The notes under the pieces were generated by a model. It was not told the DNA's origin, did not search any database, and was given only the letters and a program-made list of their open reading frames with translations. A program made the translations under genes and the position numbers. Shown here one piece after another: positions 15,806 through 28,312 of a DNA stretch of 64,000 nucleotides. Each line of letters starts with the position of its first letter. Position 1 is the stretch's first letter. Origin of the DNA: an uncultured virus (IMG/VR IMGVR_UViG_3300009154_000049) (Duplodnaviria; Heunggongvirae; Uroviricota; Caudoviricetes); IMG/VR virus record IMGVR_UViG_3300009154_000049. One strand, given 5' to 3'.

Positions 15806-16218
15806 TGACCATGAGCCTTGTGGGACCCTATCTCACTACCACACGCTACGGCGGCAAGAAGAAGCGCAAGCTGCCCAACACAGCCAGCCTCAGAGAAGCC
15901 ACTGCCAAGCATGAAGCATGGCTCAAGAAGCAGGGGCTGCATCCAGAGCAGCGCGAGCTCAAGCGTGCATTCACAGGCAAGGCCAAGATAGAACTGCCCA
16001 ACTACAAGGTCGAGAGCAAGTACCAGCTCAGCAACGGTATCGGCAACGGATTCAAGCAGGGCGTGCTGGCTAACCTGCACAAGGAAAGCAAGGAAGTGCA
16101 GCAGCAGATCCTGGACAAGGCCAGCCGCTGCATGCCACTGTTCAACAAGGGTGGCTATCAGTACGCTACCGACGACACTGACATGACAATGGTGGGCAGC
16201 AAGAGCCGGAGAGGTTGA
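15805..16218 (+). CDS. basic hypothetical phage protein (P.FNKGGYQY motif)
   Basis: Operon position; motif recognised from T4-like phage hypothetical proteins. Confidence 0.75.
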   Translation: MTMSLVGPYLTTTRYGGKKKRKLPNTASLREATAKHEAWLKKQGLHPEQRELKRAFTGKAKIELPNYKVESKYQLSNGIGNGFKQGVLANLHKESKEVQQQILDKASRCMPLFNKGGYQYATDDTDMTMVGSKSRRG

Positions 16219-16451
16219 GCATGCGCAAGCACATCACCTGGGGCAAGACGTTCGCAGTGCTGATGGCACTGCTATGGGGTGCCATACTCTATCAAGCCCT
16301 GCAGCCCTACCAACCTCAGGATGACAGCGATGCCGTTGGCTACAACAGCCACATGAACGTGTTCACCGACAGTCTCACTGGCTGCCAGTATCTCCATCGA
16401 GGATCGCTCACGCCTCGCATGGATCGCACGGGCAAGCAGGTATGTAAATGA
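16215..16451 (+). CDS. small membrane-anchored protein (TD..TGCQYL....LTPR.D..G...C family)
   Basis: N-terminal TM helix and conserved motif. Confidence 0.75.
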   Translation: MSMRKHITWGKTFAVLMALLWGAILYQALQPYQPQDDSDAVGYNSHMNVFTDSLTGCQYLHRGSLTPRMDRTGKQVCK

Positions 16452-16570
16452 CCACCATGGGTGCGATCATAGAAGCTGCCTACGACCTAAGCCTGGGACT
16501 GACCTTGGTATGCGCCATCACTGCGGTGGGATTGGTCACAGTGGTGGCATTTTTGGTGGTCAAGAGATGA
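16448..16570 (+). CDS. 40-aa membrane peptide (not in ORF track)
   Basis: ATGA overlaps at both ends; hydrophobic C-terminal half. Confidence 0.6.
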   Translation: MTTMGAIIEAAYDLSLGLTLVCAITAVGLVTVVAFLVVKR

Positions 16571-16926
16571 GCAGCTTCGTGAACAGAGATCCTGGCGTGC
16601 ACATTGTCTACGAGATAGATCTGCCAGAGAATCCCCGCAGGGATTTCACGGTAGAAGAAAAGATGTTGCTGCGCCCCATAGCAGAAACGCTGGCCATGCT
16701 GGAAGGCAATGCTTTCTTCAGCATGAGTCTAGACAATGAACCCGAATGGTATGAGCAGTATCTGCCTGAAGCCTGGGAACTGTGGCACAGCAATGGCGGA
16801 CTTGCGGGTTGGGCTGGACTGACCAGCTGGGGTCGAGAACACGTCATGCGTGAGCACAATCCTGCCGTCAAGGAAGTCTGGCAGCAGTATCAGACCATGG
16901 TGAGGTTATCACACCATGAAGGTTAG
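16567..16926 (+). CDS. hypothetical protein
   Basis: ATGA coupling; C-terminal NPAV.E.W.QY motif. Confidence 0.7.
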   Translation: MSSFVNRDPGVHIVYEIDLPENPRRDFTVEEKMLLRPIAETLAMLEGNAFFSMSLDNEPEWYEQYLPEAWELWHSNGGLAGWAGLTSWGREHVMREHNPAVKEVWQQYQTMVRLSHHEG

Positions 16927-17206
16927 GATCTTTGGCTCTGAGATATTTGAAAGCAAGTGGGTGCCCCGGCCCCGAGGCTGGATCGCACACAGGTTCCTCT
17001 GTGATGGTCAGGTAGCTGTGCATGACGTGTGGTATGATCAGGGCTGGCAGCATGCCGTGGCCTTTGACCACAAGACCGTGGAGAGACCCGTGCTGCTGGA
17101 TTGGCTGCAGACGCATGCTCCCAACGCACACATCACTCATCCCAGTGGTGCGGTGCTGTTCATGGATCCTGTCAAGGCCCTGCAGTTCCAAAGGGGGTTT
17201 GGATGA
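16916..17206 (+). CDS. hypothetical protein
   Basis: GAGG RBS, overlap-coupled operon. Confidence 0.65.
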   Translation: MKVRIFGSEIFESKWVPRPRGWIAHRFLCDGQVAVHDVWYDQGWQHAVAFDHKTVERPVLLDWLQTHAPNAHITHPSGAVLFMDPVKALQFQRGFG

Positions 17207-17430
17207 CCACAGTGCAGATCAAACCCTATCAACGCTTGGCCTGGTTTGCCAGCGCTGTGCTGATAGCCAGCGCTGTGGCTGCCAGCAGGAATCTCTATCC
17301 GTGGTTCATCTACGGTTTCTTGTTCAGCAACCTGCTCTGGGTGTTGATCGGCGTGCTTTGGCGCGAAAAGAGCTTAATAGTGATGAACACGGTGCTGACC
17401 ATAATCTACATCATCGGACTGCTCACCTAG
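17203..17430 (+). CDS. small three-helix membrane protein
   Basis: NLYPW...W...G.LWREKSLIVMN pattern. Confidence 0.7.
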   Translation: MTTVQIKPYQRLAWFASAVLIASAVAASRNLYPWFIYGFLFSNLLWVLIGVLWREKSLIVMNTVLTIIYIIGLLT

Positions 17431-17441
17431 GAGGATTGTAA

Positions 17442-17669
17442 ATGCCAGAGATTTCCACACGCGACCTCGGTCAACGCAGCATCAAGGTCAAGAACACTCG
17501 CAATGACGCCGTGGTTGATGCCACACTAGACAAGGTCAGCCATGATGGCAAGAGCATCACTGTGATCATAGCCAAGAACAAGATACAGATGAATCGCCTG
17601 CCAGGCAAGCCAGGATTCTGGGTGACCAACGCCCTGGGCATGGAATTAACTTGTTACTACGTGCCCTGA
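17442..17669 (+). CDS. hypothetical protein (75 aa)
   Basis: AGGAGG RBS. Confidence 0.75.
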   Translation: MPEISTRDLGQRSIKVKNTRNDAVVDATLDKVSHDGKSITVIIAKNKIQMNRLPGKPGFWVTNALGMELTCYYVP

Positions 17670-17711
17670 GACCAAATAAATAGTGATGTATACCAAACAG
17701 GGAAACATCAC

Positions 17712-18542
17712 ATGAAGAAGCTATTAGCAGCCTTGCTGCTTCTCGTGATCCCAACAGCAGCATTTGCCTGGGACCAGAAACCAAACCAACCGATCACGGT
17801 GTGCGCAGCACAGGTACCCTATGGCGTGCCAGTGCTTGAGAAGCCTAACACTGTGCTAGAATGCCACAGCGGCTATGCCCTGCAGCATGACAACTCAGCC
17901 AAGATAGCGGCCTGGGTGGCCTACACGCTAACACCAGCGCATGCCATTGGCTGCGTGCCTCGCACCAATGCCTTCGTGTCTGACAGCATCCTTGGTGCCA
18001 ACAGCGCCAAGCCCAGTGACTACGCAGGTTCAGGCTACGATCAGGGACACTTGGCTCCGGACGGTGACATGAGCTGGGACACGCAGGTAGAGTTCGAATC
18101 ATTCCTGATGTCAAACATGAGCCCACAGCTGCCCAATCTCAACCGTGGCATTTGGAAGGCACTGGAAAGCGACGTGCGTGCCTGGGCCTATGGCAATGGC
18201 CACAGCCTCACGGTATACGCTGGCAACATCTACACGGTGGGCAAGAGCAAGACCATCGGCAGCGGCGTGGTAGTACCAGACTTCCTCTACAAGATCGTCA
18301 TAGACGACAGCACGCACCAGGTGCTGGCATTCACGTTCCCACAGGTTGACAAGCAGGAAATCGATCTTCCCAGGCACTTGGTCAGCATAGCTACCATAGA
18401 AGCAGCCACGGGCATCAGCTTCCCTGTACCACAGGGCACTGACAAGACCAAGCCTGCCACAGCGGTTTGGCCGGTGGATCTCAAGAAGACCGCAGATGCC
18501 AAGAAAGCTGCCTGCAAGGGCGCACCCGGCACTGACGACTGA
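17712..18542 (+). CDS. secreted DNA/RNA non-specific endonuclease (NucA-type His-Me finger)
   Basis: Signal peptide MKKLLAALLLL..AFA; YDQGHLAP (DRGH-like); SNMSPQ...LNRG.W..LE. Confidence 0.92.
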   Translation: MKKLLAALLLLVIPTAAFAWDQKPNQPITVCAAQVPYGVPVLEKPNTVLECHSGYALQHDNSAKIAAWVAYTLTPAHAIGCVPRTNAFVSDSILGANSAKPSDYAGSGYDQGHLAPDGDMSWDTQVEFESFLMSNMSPQLPNLNRGIWKALESDVRAWAYGNGHSLTVYAGNIYTVGKSKTIGSGVVVPDFLYKIVIDDSTHQVLAFTFPQVDKQEIDLPRHLVSIATIEAATGISFPVPQGTDKTKPATAVWPVDLKKTADAKKAACKGAPGTDD

Positions 18543-18600
18543 GACAGGTGTTCTCCGTGACGCCAAAGCCACGATAAGGGTGGTACACGGATTGAGGAGG

Positions 18601-18626
18601 GCGCCGGAGAGATCCGGCGCTTTTTT
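18601..18626 (+). terminator. rho-independent terminator
   Basis: GCGCCGGA-GAGA-TCCGGCGC-TTTTTT. Confidence 0.9.
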
Positions 18627-18665
18627 GTGGCTGATCGTTGGTCAGATCATGTGCTAAATATCGCT

Positions 18666-19271
18666 ATGAAATTCCTATTGGTAGACGGAACACTGAAGTC
18701 ACAGGGCGGCAACACCAGTCAACTGTGCGACATGACCGTGGCTGAGATTCGATCACAAGGCCACCACGCAGAGATCATCAAGCTCACAGACGTGGATTAC
18801 ACTCCGGGCACGGAGTACACAGCCAACGGTGAGGAAGATGGTATGACTGCGGTGATCAAGCAGCTGCTCAGGGCCGATACCATACTGTTTGCCACGCCCA
18901 TATGGTGGAACAACCACAGCAGCCTCACACAGGCACTGGTTGAGCGCTTGGATGGCATAGATCAATGGAGCATCACCAGCCATGTCTATCCATTCATGGG
19001 CAAGACCTTTGGCTGCTTGGTCAGTGGTGCTGAAGATGGTGTGCAGCACATCTGGGGTAACTTGGACCAGTTCATGAACAGCCTTGGCTGTGTGATACCT
19101 CCCATGGGAAATGCCAGCACCTATGCCCAGGGCCCAGACATGCTCAAGGATGCACAGCTCAGGGACGACCTAGCCAGGCTGGTGATGAACCATGTGATGT
19201 TGCTGGAGATCATGCCCGATCGAGCAGCACTGATGAAGCTGCAGGCTAAATACCCACATCACGGAGCTTGA
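18666..19271 (+). CDS. flavodoxin-like NAD(P)H-dependent FMN reductase
   Basis: DGTLK...GNT, ADTILFATPIWW, ERLD, G.EDG.QH. Confidence 0.85.
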   Translation: MKFLLVDGTLKSQGGNTSQLCDMTVAEIRSQGHHAEIIKLTDVDYTPGTEYTANGEEDGMTAVIKQLLRADTILFATPIWWNNHSSLTQALVERLDGIDQWSITSHVYPFMGKTFGCLVSGAEDGVQHIWGNLDQFMNSLGCVIPPMGNASTYAQGPDMLKDAQLRDDLARLVMNHVMLLEIMPDRAALMKLQAKYPHHGA

Positions 19272-19273
19272 AA

Positions 19274-19717
19274 ATGAATCTCGTAGACGGCATGAAGGTG
19301 TTCCTCGCCTCAAACTTCACACTGTATCTCAAGACACACGGTGCGCATTGGAACGTCACGGGCATGTTCTTCCAGAGCCTGCATGCTCTGTTTGAAGAGC
19401 AATACACTGACTTACAAGAGCAGACAGATGCCATTGCTGAGAAGATACGCGAGCTTGACCACTTTGCCCCCGCCAGCTTAGCTGCTTACCAGAAGATGAG
19501 CGTGATCGATGACTTTGACGGCGTCATGGATGCCAAGGGCTACCTGGAGCGACTGCTGCAGGACAACGAACGCATGATCATGTTCCTCAACAAGCTGTTT
19601 GCTATCGCTGAGTCAGAAAACAACCAAGCCATCATGAACTACATTGCCGAGCGCTTGGACCAGCATGCTAAGAACCGTTGGAAGCTGCGCACCAGCCTCA
19701 ACGCATATCAGGGCTGA
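19274..19717 (+). CDS. dps: Dps / DNA starvation protection ferritin-like protein
   Basis: HWNVTG..F..LH.LFEEQY.....D.IAE.IR ferroxidase signature; C-terminal H.K..W.L. Confidence 0.93.
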   Translation: MNLVDGMKVFLASNFTLYLKTHGAHWNVTGMFFQSLHALFEEQYTDLQEQTDAIAEKIRELDHFAPASLAAYQKMSVIDDFDGVMDAKGYLERLLQDNERMIMFLNKLFAIAESENNQAIMNYIAERLDQHAKNRWKLRTSLNAYQG

Positions 19718-19754
19718 TCTAGACGTAGTCTGGGTACTGCTGTATAATCAGCAC

Positions 19755-20099
19755 ATGAGCATCCAGGACAAGTACCCCATCAAGTTTCTCTGCCACTATG
19801 AGCCCATGGACAAGGTCTGGGGATGGATACTGCCACATCAGCAAGAGTCACCAAAAAATCCCTACAGCGGCGACTATCGCGGACCTCATGTGTCTTATGC
19901 GTTCTGGGCAGTGGTTGGCAAGACCATCACAGTCAAAACCCATTCTTACTACAACAAGGGCAGCATGCACGGCCTGGAGAAGCGCAAGATCACTAATAAG
20001 TATGTGGAAATACCCGTGGATGAGATGCTTGAGCGTTGGCCCGGTTTCTGGGATCAGCTAGAGCAGGCCATCATATTCCACAAGCTCAGCGAGGGATGA
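19755..20099 (+). CDS. hypothetical protein (DKVWG..., WGR-like)
   Basis: Preceded by TAGACG-N17-TATAAT (19720-19748), near-leaderless ATG. Confidence 0.7.
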   Translation: MSIQDKYPIKFLCHYEPMDKVWGWILPHQQESPKNPYSGDYRGPHVSYAFWAVVGKTITVKTHSYYNKGSMHGLEKRKITNKYVEIPVDEMLERWPGFWDQLEQAIIFHKLSEG

Positions 20100-20458
20100 A
20101 CATGAGATCGGTGGTTGAAGTCACTGACGCTGCCAAGCAGCACATCGCTACCATACTGGCCAACAACACAGGCAAGCATCTGCGGGTCAGCATCAATGAT
20201 CGAGGCTGCAGCGGACACAAGTATCAGTATGATCTCTGCGACTGGGACCAGCGTGGCAGATTTGACGAAGTCATCGACTGGCCCGGCGGTAGGTTGGTCA
20301 TAGACAGCCTAAGCGTACTGGGACTGGTGGGCAGCGTGCTTGATCTCAGCCAGACGCAGTTCGAGACGCAGCTGGTCTGGCAGAATCCCATGGCAGTCAA
20401 TGCCTGTGGCTGCGGTGAAAGCTTCCAGCTTGCTTCGGATCTGCGTCATGGCAGCTAG
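20096..20458 (+). CDS. HesB/IscA-family A-type Fe-S carrier
   Basis: TDAA, GCSG.KY, NP....CGCGESF. Confidence 0.9.
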   Translation: MNMRSVVEVTDAAKQHIATILANNTGKHLRVSINDRGCSGHKYQYDLCDWDQRGRFDEVIDWPGGRLVIDSLSVLGLVGSVLDLSQTQFETQLVWQNPMAVNACGCGESFQLASDLRHGS

Positions 20459-21008
20459 GATAGCTTGGACCACTAAGCTGTTGTACAGTCGCTACACTCA
20501 TGTGACGCAGATAGCCTGTGATCCCAGCGATGATCACAAGGCATGGGCCAATCGCAATCTGCGCAGCAAGTTCCGTACCTACAGCGAATACAGCAACAGG
20601 TCGCGCCAGAGCATGAGCTTCTATACCACCAGAGAGGATCAAGACCTGCTGTTAGAAGAATACCAAGACAGGGTGCTGATGGTGAGGCAACCTTTTGATG
20701 ACGAAGCAGAGAGGCTGCTGATCAGCGGCGTGGAGATCAACCTCAGGGAAAGGCTCTACTACAACCGCTACAGATACAGCGTGAGGTTCTACTGCAGGAA
20801 TGGTTCCGGCACAGTGCTTGCTGACTGGGTCAAGAATACCCTGGGCACCGACAGCCGACAGCTGAGGCTGGGTCGAGGACACCATTTCCCCATACTCTAT
20901 CTCAGAGATGAATCAGACATGGTCATGGTGCGCATGATCGAACCTGCCACAGTGGTAGGCGTGGTAAGGGCATGGACCTACGAGGAGCTGCCACAGCAGC
21001 TACCATAA
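20448..21008 (+). CDS. hypothetical protein with two similar halves (KLLYSRY / RLYYNRY)
   Basis: ATG overlaps the IscA gene end; internal repeat. Confidence 0.7.
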   Translation: MAARIAWTTKLLYSRYTHVTQIACDPSDDHKAWANRNLRSKFRTYSEYSNRSRQSMSFYTTREDQDLLLEEYQDRVLMVRQPFDDEAERLLISGVEINLRERLYYNRYRYSVRFYCRNGSGTVLADWVKNTLGTDSRQLRLGRGHHFPILYLRDESDMVMVRMIEPATVVGVVRAWTYEELPQQLP

Positions 21009-21038
21009 ATATCCCGCCAAACCACAGCCGGGATCACC

Positions 21039-23828
21039 ATGCACACACCTCCAGTCTGGATCACGCCAAGCAATCTCGGTGTATACAGCGCGACCTACAG
21101 CTTCAACATTGACCCCATAGTTGTAGAGTTCAATGCTCACTCAGGCAACACCGTGTCTCAGATCAACGGCGCCTTGCCATCGGGCCTGGCATGGTTGACC
21201 GTGGGCAGCAATGTGGAAGTCTACGGAGAGAGCACTGCCACGCTGGTGGTCAGCAGAAGCACGATAACATGGCGAGTGACTGATCCCTACGGCTCGGTGG
21301 CAGATCGCACCTACAGTCTTCAGATCAACCCTGTGGCAGTGCCGCCAGACTGGGTTGGACAGCCCACCTTCCTCGGCTATGCTGCCAGTGCCACCACCAG
21401 CACCTATAATGTCACAGCACACACCACTGGCACGCTGCCCATAACCTACAGCATAGCTGCTTTTGCCCCACCTGCTGGCATCTCTATCAATGGTACCACG
21501 GGCCAGATAACCTATGCTGCTCCCAGCATCACAGCTGATCAGACCACTGCCTTCACGCTGCGAGCCACCACTGGGTCTCTGTACAGCGACTTGGCCGTTA
21601 CCATAGATCTCTTGACAGTGCCGCATGCTCCTGCCTGGGTAACCAAGAGTGGTCTGCTGGAGCTGGTGTCAGCTGGATCCTTCGTGGAGCTGGCACTAGA
21701 GGCCTATGACAGCAGCGGCGGCGACGTCAGCTATTCTCTGGTCAACAGCACACCATCATTCCCTTTTGAACTGACCAGCACAGGGCTGATATATGGCATG
21801 GTTCCCACTGTGTACGTGATCACGGTTTATCAGTTCACGGTCAGCGCAGCTAGCAACAGTGGCAGCACTTCAAGGACCTTTGATATCATAGCCAGCCCGG
21901 TCAGTCCCAGCAACACGCTGTATTGGGTCAGTCCCAGTGACATGGGCACGCATCAGGATGCACAGTTCATCGTGCTGGACTGCGCAGCCAACAGCACACG
22001 CGGTGGCATTAGGTACAGCTTGGTAGGGGGCATCTTGCCCAGAGGCATGGTCCTTGACCGCAGCAATGGGCAGATCAGCGGTTTCTTGGAGTACCAGACT
22101 CGCACTCGCAGCTATGAGTTCGACATCATAGCGCAGGACAGCGTGCAGACCATCACTCGCCAGTTCAGGCTCACGGTCACGCAGAGCACGCAGTACCAGA
22201 GCATGGACCTAACCATACCCGTGGAAGGCCCACTCAAGGATGCCTACTACAACTACATAGGCGACACGGTTGATCCTCGCTGGGTTCCCAACAGCCAGAC
22301 CACGCCTACCAGCGTGCTGTATCCGCCGTTCGTGCAGCTGATCACTGGCCTTAACTATGCCATCGACGATCCAGCCATGGCCATGTACTGGGGCAATCTA
22401 AATCTCAACACCACCGAGCTGATGATAGGCACAGCCACCAACGTCAACGTGAGCCCCAGCAGCACGCTGTTCTACAGCCCCATACTGGACGCAGATGCTG
22501 GTGCAGCACGGCAGTATGCGCAGGCTGACAACGTGGTCACAGCTGCAACAGGCACGGTAACGGTAGCACAGGGCACTGTCAGCGTGATAGTGGCCCCTGG
22601 CAGCGCGCCGTGGTTGGCCAGCGCCAAGAGCGGTACAGCTGTGAGATTGACATTGGTTGGTTCCCCCAACATCTGGCTGCAGGGACCGATCACAAGCTAC
22701 GGACCGCGCGGCATCACCATGGTCATAGCTGCTACCATGGTCAGCGGCAGCGGCACCTATTCCAACTGGCAGCTGGGACTGGCATTAACCTATCCACCCA
22801 GCTTGGTCAACATCAGGAACGATCTCATAGCAGGGCTGGGCTGGGTCAACGATGGCCAAGGCCAGGGTGCACAGCTGTTGGCCTTGGTAGATCCAACCAC
22901 CACAGCGGTCATAGGAGCGGCCATAGTCAATCCAGGCCTTGGCTATCTCTACGGGCCAAAGCTTAACGTGCTGGGCACAGGCAACGGCGCTGTGCTGGGA
23001 GCAAATCTGACCATCATCACTGCCAACGTGGCAGTGGGCGGCACAGGGTGGCAGCCGGGTGATCAGATACTGCTGCCACAACCTGCGGTGTCGCCGGCAC
23101 AGCTCAGGGTAAGCAACGTTGATGCACAGGGCAGCATCACAGAGCTGAGCATCACCGACGGCGGCGAGTATTCCAGCTGGCCAGCCGGTGTTACACTGCT
23201 GACCAATGACCAGGGACAGCCTGCTGTGGTAGAGATCAAGCTGGGGCTGGGTAACACTTGGATCCAGAGCAGCGGCAATGGCTATGCGGTGGGAACCACG
23301 GTTATAGCCACAGGCGGCAGCGAACAGCTGCCACAGTGGCAGAGCAGCTGGGAACCAGTGCTGACCCTGGGCACTGTGTATCAACCCTACGGCGCGTTGG
23401 TGGTGGGCAACACCACACCCGACACCGCAGCTCAGCTGTGGTACAGGAGGTGGCCACTGCAGCACGTGATCCTCGAACTACAGGGCATCAACTGGACCGG
23501 AGACACCACGCTGGACCAGAGCTTTACCAGCTTCGACGGTGGTACCACGTTCTTCACCGAATGGCTGGAACCCAGAGATACCATACTGGATCAGGATCTC
23601 ACGCTGTTCAACCAGGGCAACACCAGGTTTGATGATGACTTTGCTGCTTGGCAGCAGCTGGCTTACTATGCCTGGGGTCTCACGCGATTTGACAGCGATT
23701 TCACCATATTTGATCTCTATGCCACTGATTTCGATGATGGGGCCATACCCACACAGAGCGTGACGCAGCTGCGCAGGCTGATCAGGGTAGTCACGCAGCA
23801 GATCTCTGGACACAACGTGGTGGCATAG
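21039..23828 (+). CDS. virion structural protein with tandem Ig-like (He_PIG-type) domains, probable baseplate wedge
   Basis: Repeated P.W.T..G.LG / G.LP.G..L..G.I.G units; C-terminal T.FD repeats; TAAATA box upstream. Confidence 0.75.
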   Translation: MHTPPVWITPSNLGVYSATYSFNIDPIVVEFNAHSGNTVSQINGALPSGLAWLTVGSNVEVYGESTATLVVSRSTITWRVTDPYGSVADRTYSLQINPVAVPPDWVGQPTFLGYAASATTSTYNVTAHTTGTLPITYSIAAFAPPAGISINGTTGQITYAAPSITADQTTAFTLRATTGSLYSDLAVTIDLLTVPHAPAWVTKSGLLELVSAGSFVELALEAYDSSGGDVSYSLVNSTPSFPFELTSTGLIYGMVPTVYVITVYQFTVSAASNSGSTSRTFDIIASPVSPSNTLYWVSPSDMGTHQDAQFIVLDCAANSTRGGIRYSLVGGILPRGMVLDRSNGQISGFLEYQTRTRSYEFDIIAQDSVQTITRQFRLTVTQSTQYQSMDLTIPVEGPLKDAYYNYIGDTVDPRWVPNSQTTPTSVLYPPFVQLITGLNYAIDDPAMAMYWGNLNLNTTELMIGTATNVNVSPSSTLFYSPILDADAGAARQYAQADNVVTAATGTVTVAQGTVSVIVAPGSAPWLASAKSGTAVRLTLVGSPNIWLQGPITSYGPRGITMVIAATMVSGSGTYSNWQLGLALTYPPSLVNIRNDLIAGLGWVNDGQGQGAQLLALVDPTTTAVIGAAIVNPGLGYLYGPKLNVLGTGNGAVLGANLTIITANVAVGGTGWQPGDQILLPQPAVSPAQLRVSNVDAQGSITELSITDGGEYSSWPAGVTLLTNDQGQPAVVEIKLGLGNTWIQSSGNGYAVGTTVIATGGSEQLPQWQSSWEPVLTLGTVYQPYGALVVGNTTPDTAAQLWYRRWPLQHVILELQGINWTGDTTLDQSFTSFDGGTTFFTEWLEPRDTILDQDLTLFNQGNTRFDDDFAAWQQLAYYAWGLTRFDSDFTIFDLYATDFDDGAIPTQSVTQLRRLIRVVTQQISGHNVVA

Positions 23829-23862
23829 CTCCGATAAATACTCCACACAACAGTGGCGAGCC

Positions 23863-26016
<2,154 letters not shown>

Positions 26017-26053
26017 TTGAGCCGATAAATACTGCCTAGCATAGGATCGCATC

Positions 26054-27346
26054 ATGGCCATAGGCAGTCTAGTCAATCCAAACTATCCCGTACCTGGTAT
26101 AGACCAGAGCAGCAAAGGATTCAGGGACAATTTCTCCGCGATCAAGGTAGAGATTGAAAACCTGCAGAGCAAGAACATAGTGCTGGTTGGTGATGCCTCT
26201 GGCAATGCCATCATCGACGGCGGCACAGGCGATGTTGTGATCAACACCGTGATAGCTGTGGCCAATGCCGCAGCTGGCGGAGTCAACTACAGCGTGCAGT
26301 ACAACGCGCTGGGCGTGGTATCAGGCGACACTGCGCTGCAGTATGACTATGACACGCAGACGCTGATCATAGACGTGACCATGCCCGATACCAACTATGC
26401 CTTGGACACCAACGCCACCAAGATACACAATTTTCTGGCCATTCAGGGCGATTTCAACGAAGCAGCGCTTAACATCACTGGGGTGGATGCTGGCTATCCC
26501 ACGGTGAGCCTCAGCAGCACCAACAACAGCAGCGTTGGGCAAGCCAACCTCAACATAGCCAACGCAGACAGCATCACTGCTGACACGCTGAACATACAGT
26601 TCAATGGCATCAATGCCGCGCAGTTCAATCTCAACGGCCTAGCAGTGGGTGCTTTGTCTCAGGCAGCAGCTGGTGGTCCCAGTGGTTATCTCGAGGTATA
26701 TGCAGACGGCCAGGCCGACATAGGCAACTTCTACAGCATCTATCCCAACAGCGACAACGGCGTGAGGCTAGAGACTGCTGATGCCAACAGCACAGTAGGT
26801 GTTGTCCTGCAGCAGACCGCATCAGATTGGGTAGCAGGTATGCGCATAGGGCAGACAGGCAACCTCACGCTGCACACAGGACTCAACAACGATGCTAATC
26901 TAGATGACAGCAGCATAGTGGTCTTGGTGGATAAGAGCGGGCGCATGGGCATAGGCATCACAGAGCCGCAATCACGCTTGGATGTGGACGGTGGTATCCA
27001 GTGGAACCTGCCAAACACTGCCAATGCTGCCCCGGTGTCAGTTGGCGTGATAGGTGTGGCTATTGATTCTTGGTCGCTGTTGGACTATCGCTCTGCTGAC
27101 TATACTGTGCAGGTCATCAACAGCGTGGGAGATGTGGAGATCACCAAGCTGTTGGTCATGCATCAGGATGGTGACGACTATCAGCTGATCTATGCCAATC
27201 TCAACAGCACCAACACCAATCCCATGGGGCCGCCCACCCTGGGCACGATACTGGCTGCCAACGATGGCAGCATGATGCAGCTGATCTACAGCGGCAACGC
27301 CGCAGGCAACACGGTAAAGGTCGACGCGACCTACATAACATTGTGA
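26054..27346 (+). CDS. virion structural/fibre protein
   Basis: N-terminal YPVPG.DQSS.GFRDNF domain paralogous to 23863; G.MGIG..P.S.LDV.G fibre motif; YRSA.Y.VQ C-terminal domain. Confidence 0.8.
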   Translation: MAIGSLVNPNYPVPGIDQSSKGFRDNFSAIKVEIENLQSKNIVLVGDASGNAIIDGGTGDVVINTVIAVANAAAGGVNYSVQYNALGVVSGDTALQYDYDTQTLIIDVTMPDTNYALDTNATKIHNFLAIQGDFNEAALNITGVDAGYPTVSLSSTNNSSVGQANLNIANADSITADTLNIQFNGINAAQFNLNGLAVGALSQAAAGGPSGYLEVYADGQADIGNFYSIYPNSDNGVRLETADANSTVGVVLQQTASDWVAGMRIGQTGNLTLHTGLNNDANLDDSSIVVLVDKSGRMGIGITEPQSRLDVDGGIQWNLPNTANAAPVSVGVIGVAIDSWSLLDYRSADYTVQVINSVGDVEITKLLVMHQDGDDYQLIYANLNSTNTNPMGPPTLGTILAANDGSMMQLIYSGNAAGNTVKVDATYITL

Positions 27347-27355
27347 GGACATGAC

Positions 27356-27688
27356 ATGACCACTACCACGCCACAGATATTCGGACAGGCCAAACCAGTA
27401 GCCAACATACAGACCAATCTGCTCACAGTGGCCAACGACAAGCAGGCACAGATCAGCTTGTTCGTCTGCAACCAAGGCAGCACGGCAGACAGCTTCAGCA
27501 TAGAACTGCTGCCCAGCGGTGACAGCCCAGACCCCAGTAGATACATAGCTTACAACACACCCATACTGGCCAACGGCGTGTTTGCCGTGGCAGGCGTGGC
27601 ACTGAACAGCGGTGACAGCGTGTTGGTCAGCACCACCCAGGGTAACTGCAGCATCACTGCCACTGGGTTCAGCGTAAACCCTGGCTAA
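27356..27688 (+). CDS. small beta-rich virion protein
   Basis: GAGGA RBS; beta-sandwich-like composition in a structural operon. Confidence 0.75.
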   Translation: MTTTTPQIFGQAKPVANIQTNLLTVANDKQAQISLFVCNQGSTADSFSIELLPSGDSPDPSRYIAYNTPILANGVFAVAGVALNSGDSVLVSTTQGNCSITATGFSVNPG

Positions 27689-27753
27689 ATCGGCTTTTTA
27701 CACCCCAGATCGCGCTGTGACCCGGTAAATATCTGCGCAGGGAGGCGGCTGAT

Positions 27754-28035
27754 ATGGCCAACAACATCATAAAATTCCCACGGGCTCGCAAGCGGCGCAA
27801 GCAGCTTACAGACGTTTTAGTGGACAGATTGACCAGCACAGAGACGCATGTGAGCCTGGGCAGAGTGCCATTTACCTGCGCAGAGTGTGCCAACACAGCC
27901 AGCTTTGATTTCACCAACGTGATATTCAAGAACGTGACCTTCTACTGCGCAGACTGTGGGCATGGTTACAAGGTCAGCAACCCCATGTTTGCTGAACCAA
28001 CTGTCAAGGTACGCATAATAAATCAGCGTGGTTGA
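27754..28035 (+). CDS. zinc-ribbon protein
   Basis: CAEC and CADC pairs; GGAGG RBS. Confidence 0.75.
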   Translation: MANNIIKFPRARKRRKQLTDVLVDRLTSTETHVSLGRVPFTCAECANTASFDFTNVIFKNVTFYCADCGHGYKVSNPMFAEPTVKVRIINQRG

Positions 28036-28066
28036 TGACAGCAGCATTTGCCAGTAACATACACAC

Positions 28067-28312
28067 ATGAATGAACATCCATTAACAGACGACCTAACCA
28101 AGCTCAGCCACGAAGATCTAGAAAAGAAGCTCACGCAGCTCAACAGTCGCTGGTATGCGGCCAAGCGCATGGGCATGGACCAGCAGGTTCTTGGACAGCT
28201 TGACATGCTTCTTCAGGGCCTTGAATACGAGAAACAGCGTCGCAACCAACAGCTTGATCAAGTCAGCGGTGTGGTGATTGACACGGATGCCACAGATGCC
28301 AAAGCGAGCTGA
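28067..28312 (+). CDS. coiled-coil hypothetical protein
   Basis: HPL..DL..LS.EDL..K...L..R pattern. Confidence 0.75.
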   Translation: MNEHPLTDDLTKLSHEDLEKKLTQLNSRWYAAKRMGMDQQVLGQLDMLLQGLEYEKQRRNQQLDQVSGVVIDTDATDAKAS

